Below are positions 60,265 through 64,000 of a DNA stretch of 64,000 nt, one piece after another. The notes below the pieces were generated by a model. That model worked only from the letters and a program-made list of their open reading frames with translations. It searched no databases and had not been told where the DNA came from. A program made the position numbers and the translations under genes. The stretch comes from Sulfurimonadaceae bacterium. Its GTDB lineage: Bacteria; Campylobacterota; Campylobacteria; Campylobacterales; Sulfurimonadaceae. Position 1 is the stretch's first letter, and each line of letters begins with the position of its first letter. Location of the stretch: the NCBI GenBank assembly GCA_041548245.1, contig JBFESZ010000001.1, forward strand, positions 32,001 to 96,000, read 5' to 3'.

Positions 60265-61865
60265 TAGTGCCCGTGTGCCTCAGCAAACTCTTCATATGTC
60301 CCTTTGAAATCAGTGACACTTCCATCCGAATTCAATGAGATGATACGTGTAGCAAAAGCATCAAGCAACTCACGGTCATGCGAAGTACAGATTACATTTC
60401 CGCTAAAGTTTCTCAAGCCTTCTCCAAGTGCAATAATAGCTTCTAGGTCAAGGTGGTTGGTAGGTTCATCCAGAACCAGGAAGTTACCCTCTTCAAGCAT
60501 CATTTTTGAAAGCATCATACGGTGTTTTTCACCCCCCGAGATACTCACGACCGATTTTTCCTGCTGCTCTCCGTTAAAAAGCATACGTCCTAAACAGTTA
60601 CGGATCTCGGCAATATCGCGCTTAGGATCAAATGCACGTAACCAGTCATATAGCGTCCCATCACCAGATATTGTCTCGACTGTATCCTGAGGGAAGTACG
60701 AAGGCTCGACTGTCGCACCCCATTTCACTTCGCCCTCTGTCGGCTTAATCTCTTCCATGATGATTTTTAAGAGTGTCGACTTACCGATACCATTCGGCCC
60801 GATAACAGCGATCTTCTCACCCGGTTCAATTCGTACAGAAAAACCATTGATCAGCTTTCCTCCACCTTCGCCGTAATCATGTGAAATATTGATAAGTTCA
60901 AGTGCTTCATCCCCCATCTGACGCTTGGCTTTGAACACAATACTCGGATCACGTCTAGAGGATGGCTTGATATCTTCAATGTTGATCTTCTCAAGCTGTT
61001 TTTGACGCGATGTTGCCTGTTTTGCTTTCGATGCATTAGCGGAGAAACGGCGAACGAACGCTTCAAGATCGGCCTTCTCTTTTTCTGCTTTTGCGCGGTC
61101 AGCTTCCTGCTGTTTCGCCATGACAGTAGAGGCAATATACCAATCATCATAGTTACCCGTGAATTGACGGATTTTTTGATAATCCACATCCAGGATATTC
61201 GTTACAACCGAATTGATGAAGTGCCTATCGTGAGAGATAACAACCATAGTCCCCTCATGACGCTTCAACTCCTCTTCAAGCCAGCCGATTGTCTCGATAT
61301 CAAGGTTGTTCGTCGGCTCATCCAAGAAGAGTACCTCCGGCTTTGGAAAGAGTACCTGAGCCAAAAGAACCTTGATCTTTGTAGAGGATTCTACTGTCGA
61401 CATCAAATCATTATGAATTTCTGAAGGGATACCCAGATTTTCAAGAATCTTAGTGATGCGAACATCATATTCATAGGTCGGATCCTCTTCAACACAGATC
61501 GTTTCAAGCTCTGCAAGACGGTTGTTTGTCTCATCTGATTCAAAATCACCGTTAATATACAGATCTTCCTTCTCTTTGATCGCATCATACAGACGGCGAT
61601 TACCATAAAGTACAGCATCCATCATCGTAAAGTCTTCAAAGGCAAACTGATTTTGCCCCAATACGCCGACTTTAAGTCCCGAACCGACAGAGACTTCCCC
61701 CTCATATTCCGTGATCTGCCCCGAAAGGATCTTCAAAAATGTCGTCTTACCTGCACCATTCGCTCCAATAAGTCCGTATCGCTTATGCTGATCAAGCTTT
61801 AGATTAACATGATCAAAAAGAACGCGTGAACCATAACGCATCGTTAAATTAGTAACTGTAACCAT
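60264..61865 (-). CDS. ABC-F family ATPase (YbiT-like)
   Basis: Two ABC cassettes (GANGAGKT, GPNGIGKS, two LDEPTN), linker RRFSANASKAKQATSR, no TM. Confidence 0.93.
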   Translation of the reverse strand: MVTVTNLTMRYGSRVLFDHVNLKLDQHKRYGLIGANGAGKTTFLKILSGQITEYEGEVSVGSGLKVGVLGQNQFAFEDFTMMDAVLYGNRRLYDAIKEKEDLYINGDFESDETNNRLAELETICVEEDPTYEYDVRITKILENLGIPSEIHNDLMSTVESSTKIKVLLAQVLFPKPEVLFLDEPTNNLDIETIGWLEEELKRHEGTMVVISHDRHFINSVVTNILDVDYQKIRQFTGNYDDWYIASTVMAKQQEADRAKAEKEKADLEAFVRRFSANASKAKQATSRQKQLEKINIEDIKPSSRRDPSIVFKAKRQMGDEALELINISHDYGEGGGKLINGFSVRIEPGEKIAVIGPNGIGKSTLLKIIMEEIKPTEGEVKWGATVEPSYFPQDTVETISGDGTLYDWLRAFDPKRDIAEIRNCLGRMLFNGEQQEKSVVSISGGEKHRMMLSKMMLEEGNFLVLDEPTNHLDLEAIIALGEGLRNFSGNVICTSHDRELLDAFATRIISLNSDGSVTDFKGTYEEFAEAHGH

Positions 61866-62063
61866 ATTTTTGTACCTTAGTCAAAAGGCCTTATGCAAAC
61901 TTGTCTTGAAAGTTTCTATAAGACCCTGTTTAATGTTTTTGGAATTATAACTAATATGAGGTTAAGAGCGGTTTATAGATTTAAATGCACTCAAACTAAA
62001 CTATTGAACCAAGAGGCCAGGTCCAAGAGAAAGTTACCTGTCTTACGGTATGGGTTTATCGAT

Positions 62064-64000
62064 TTATACCTCGACAATCTTGTCATCCAGGGTATCTAGC
62101 CCTTTATTATACTCTTTAGATCGCATCGAGGTAAAGTTGATTTTCAAGTTCCTATATTGCTGTATACTGGATAAGAGGTCTTCAAGCATACTGTCATACC
62201 CGAACAACTCTTCATAGCGTGCAAAAGCCTTTTTCAGTGCATTTTCTGGCACCTTTGCCTTGGCTGCCTGTTCTATCTGCGCCCAATAGGCTATTTTAAC
62301 CATATGATGGATGGAAGGTTTTTTTGACTTTATGTTTGCAAACTTTTCCATGACTTTTTTGACTGCCGCCACATTCCCCACAGCCGCATAGTTCTCCGCT
62401 TTTTCATAATAGTCTGAAAACTCATTTTCTATATCTTCAGCGATCTTAGTATCTTCAAGATAGGGGTGCTCTTCGATCATATTGTAGACGACTGCAAATT
62501 TTTTCTCGGCATAATACTGCATCGTCTCTGCATAGATGTTTGCCTTCTGCCTGAGATTTTCAGCAAACTCCTTGTGGGCAGGAAAATAGGACAAGGTGTC
62601 ACACAGTTTTACAGAGTCGTAAAACCCTCCTTCATTAAAAGCCTTTTGTGTCTTCTCTTGAAACATTTCCCCTACTTTTAACAGGTTCTCATACTCTTCC
62701 AACTCCTCAATAAAGGAGTGCCCGCTTGCCAGTTTGATCGCATTAAAGTAGTCTTTTTCCATAAGGTATTTTCTAAACAGCGTAAAAATGTTCCTATTGG
62801 TATATATGCTCTTGATAATGAGATTTTTCCCTGCGACCCCTCGAAAAGGCTTGAATAACTGTTTGATCTTCTCTTCGCTTGACTTTTCATTGATGATCTT
62901 GCGAACGACCGCCAATACCTTACGCCACTCCTCTTCCATCTTCTCGAACTCCGGCGTCTCTTTAAGTGTTGGATACTCCGCTGCCATAGAGTACGCCATC
63001 ACGTACTTTTTACTTTTTATGGCCTTTTTAAAACTGGAGAAAAGTGCAAAATCATTAAACAGCTTCTGTACAATAAGACGTTTTTCTGATGAAGCTGTAA
63101 AGTTTTTCAACAACTCTTTTGCTTCGTTCTTTTTCTCTGCACGCAAAAGTCTTTTTGCATGTTCATAGACACGTGAAAAAAGCTTTTCCAAAGATTCATA
63201 TTCATCCGAATAGCGCAGCAGCGGATTCTCTTCAACCATGACATAACATTGATGAAAGTTCTTTGCTTGCATAAGCTCCATAAACGCCTGGTTCTCTAAA
63301 CCCAACTCATAAATAGGAACATGGCCATTGCTCAATCCAAAGACAAGCCGTTTCTTATCATCATCATACTGCATCTGTGTCACACCGGCTAGCTGCTTTA
63401 AAAAATTGACCTTTAAGAGCTTATTCTCTTTGAGATGATAGAGCCCTACCATACCACGGATGCCCGCGACAAACAAAAAGTTTTCCTCTTTATCTACACA
63501 CACAGCCGTAATATGCGAATCAAACTTTGGAAGACGCGCGATGACACTGGATTTGAGAATATCCCAAAGCAATACAGTCCCCACTTTGTCCGTAGAAAGA
63601 AGTCTCTGCCCAGAGAGAAAGGTCACTGTTGTAACAGCAAATTGATGCGAAATAAGTTTATAGTGGTTCTTGCGAAAAGAGCGGTTAAAGACCTTGATGA
63701 CTTTGTCATATCCCGCCGTAGCTACCCAGCGGCCGGTATCATTACTCGAGATTGCTAAAATAGCATCACTGTGATGCGACAGGGTATCCACTTTCTTACC
63801 CGTTGTGACACTCCACATATAGAGTCTGCCTTCCATTCCGCCGGTAATGAGGTATTTGCTGTCTTTTGTAAAAGCAACTCTCTCTACACCTCCAGGGTGA
63901 TTGACAATAGAATGCACAAACTTTCGGGAATTACGATCCAGGATGGAGACCTCTTTAAGATCCTTGTTGTATAAGCTCAGGTAGTTACCATCCGGCGAAA
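62064..64000 (-). CDS. WD40-repeat protein with a long helical C-terminal region; the 5' end lies beyond the right edge
   Basis: Frame open to the window end (SPDGNYL...). WD40 repeats H...V..VAF...LITGG.EG.LYMW, HSDAI...ATAGYD..IKVF, H...VTTV...LWD. Confidence 0.85.
   Translation of the reverse strand, partial: SPDGNYLSLYNKDLKEVSILDRNSRKFVHSIVNHPGGVERVAFTKDSKYLITGGMEGRLYMWSVTTGKKVDTLSHHSDAILAISSNDTGRWVATAGYDKVIKVFNRSFRKNHYKLISHQFAVTTVTFLSGQRLLSTDKVGTVLLWDILKSSVIARLPKFDSHITAVCVDKEENFLFVAGIRGMVGLYHLKENKLLKVNFLKQLAGVTQMQYDDDKKRLVFGLSNGHVPIYELGLENQAFMELMQAKNFHQCYVMVEENPLLRYSDEYESLEKLFSRVYEHAKRLLRAEKKNEAKELLKNFTASSEKRLIVQKLFNDFALFSSFKKAIKSKKYVMAYSMAAEYPTLKETPEFEKMEEEWRKVLAVVRKIINEKSSEEKIKQLFKPFRGVAGKNLIIKSIYTNRNIFTLFRKYLMEKDYFNAIKLASGHSFIEELEEYENLLKVGEMFQEKTQKAFNEGGFYDSVKLCDTLSYFPAHKEFAENLRQKANIYAETMQYYAEKKFAVVYNMIEEHPYLEDTKIAEDIENEFSDYYEKAENYAAVGNVAAVKKVMEKFANIKSKKPSIHHMVKIAYWAQIEQAAKAKVPENALKKAFARYEELFGYDSMLEDLLSSIQQYRNLKINFTSMRSKEYNKGLDTLDDKIVEV

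Overview
This 64 kb window is chromosomal DNA from a flagellated, probably sulfur-metabolising Campylobacterota (Epsilonproteobacteria) bacterium. The assignment rests on gene content and order: plsY-folB-hsrA/cosR-fdx-ppx, M23-lpxC-tsaB-thrB-ylxR-infB-rbfA-rimP, bamA/tyrA and SorAB. Most of it is housekeeping: a long minus-strand nadA-to-xseA run, truD, bamA, tyrA, tRNA-Lys and tRNA-Glu. Accessory blocks are: a multiheme cytochrome c cut by the left edge and missed by the ORF track; ion and metal transporters, including an HMA protein with a GKCG-repeat tail; a sorAB sulfite dehydrogenase with a divergent YeiE/CysL-like LysR; and a MoxR/Bat operon with a second BatA-BatB-BatD set. Downstream of the tRNAs lie an unannotated 48-aa basic peptide with three SKWSI repeats and a tightly coupled three-gene operon. 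That operon encodes a REC-PAS-HD-GYP phosphodiesterase, an SCO copper chaperone and a hybrid histidine kinase whose membrane domain carries HFH and HH histidine motifs. It is the best candidate for an undescribed system: a heme/copper gas sensor with its own metallochaperone controlling c-di-GMP. Two neighbouring exported-protein genes appear to start at ATC. I saw no CRISPR array, IS element, integrase or rRNA. All family calls come from motif recognition, not database searches.
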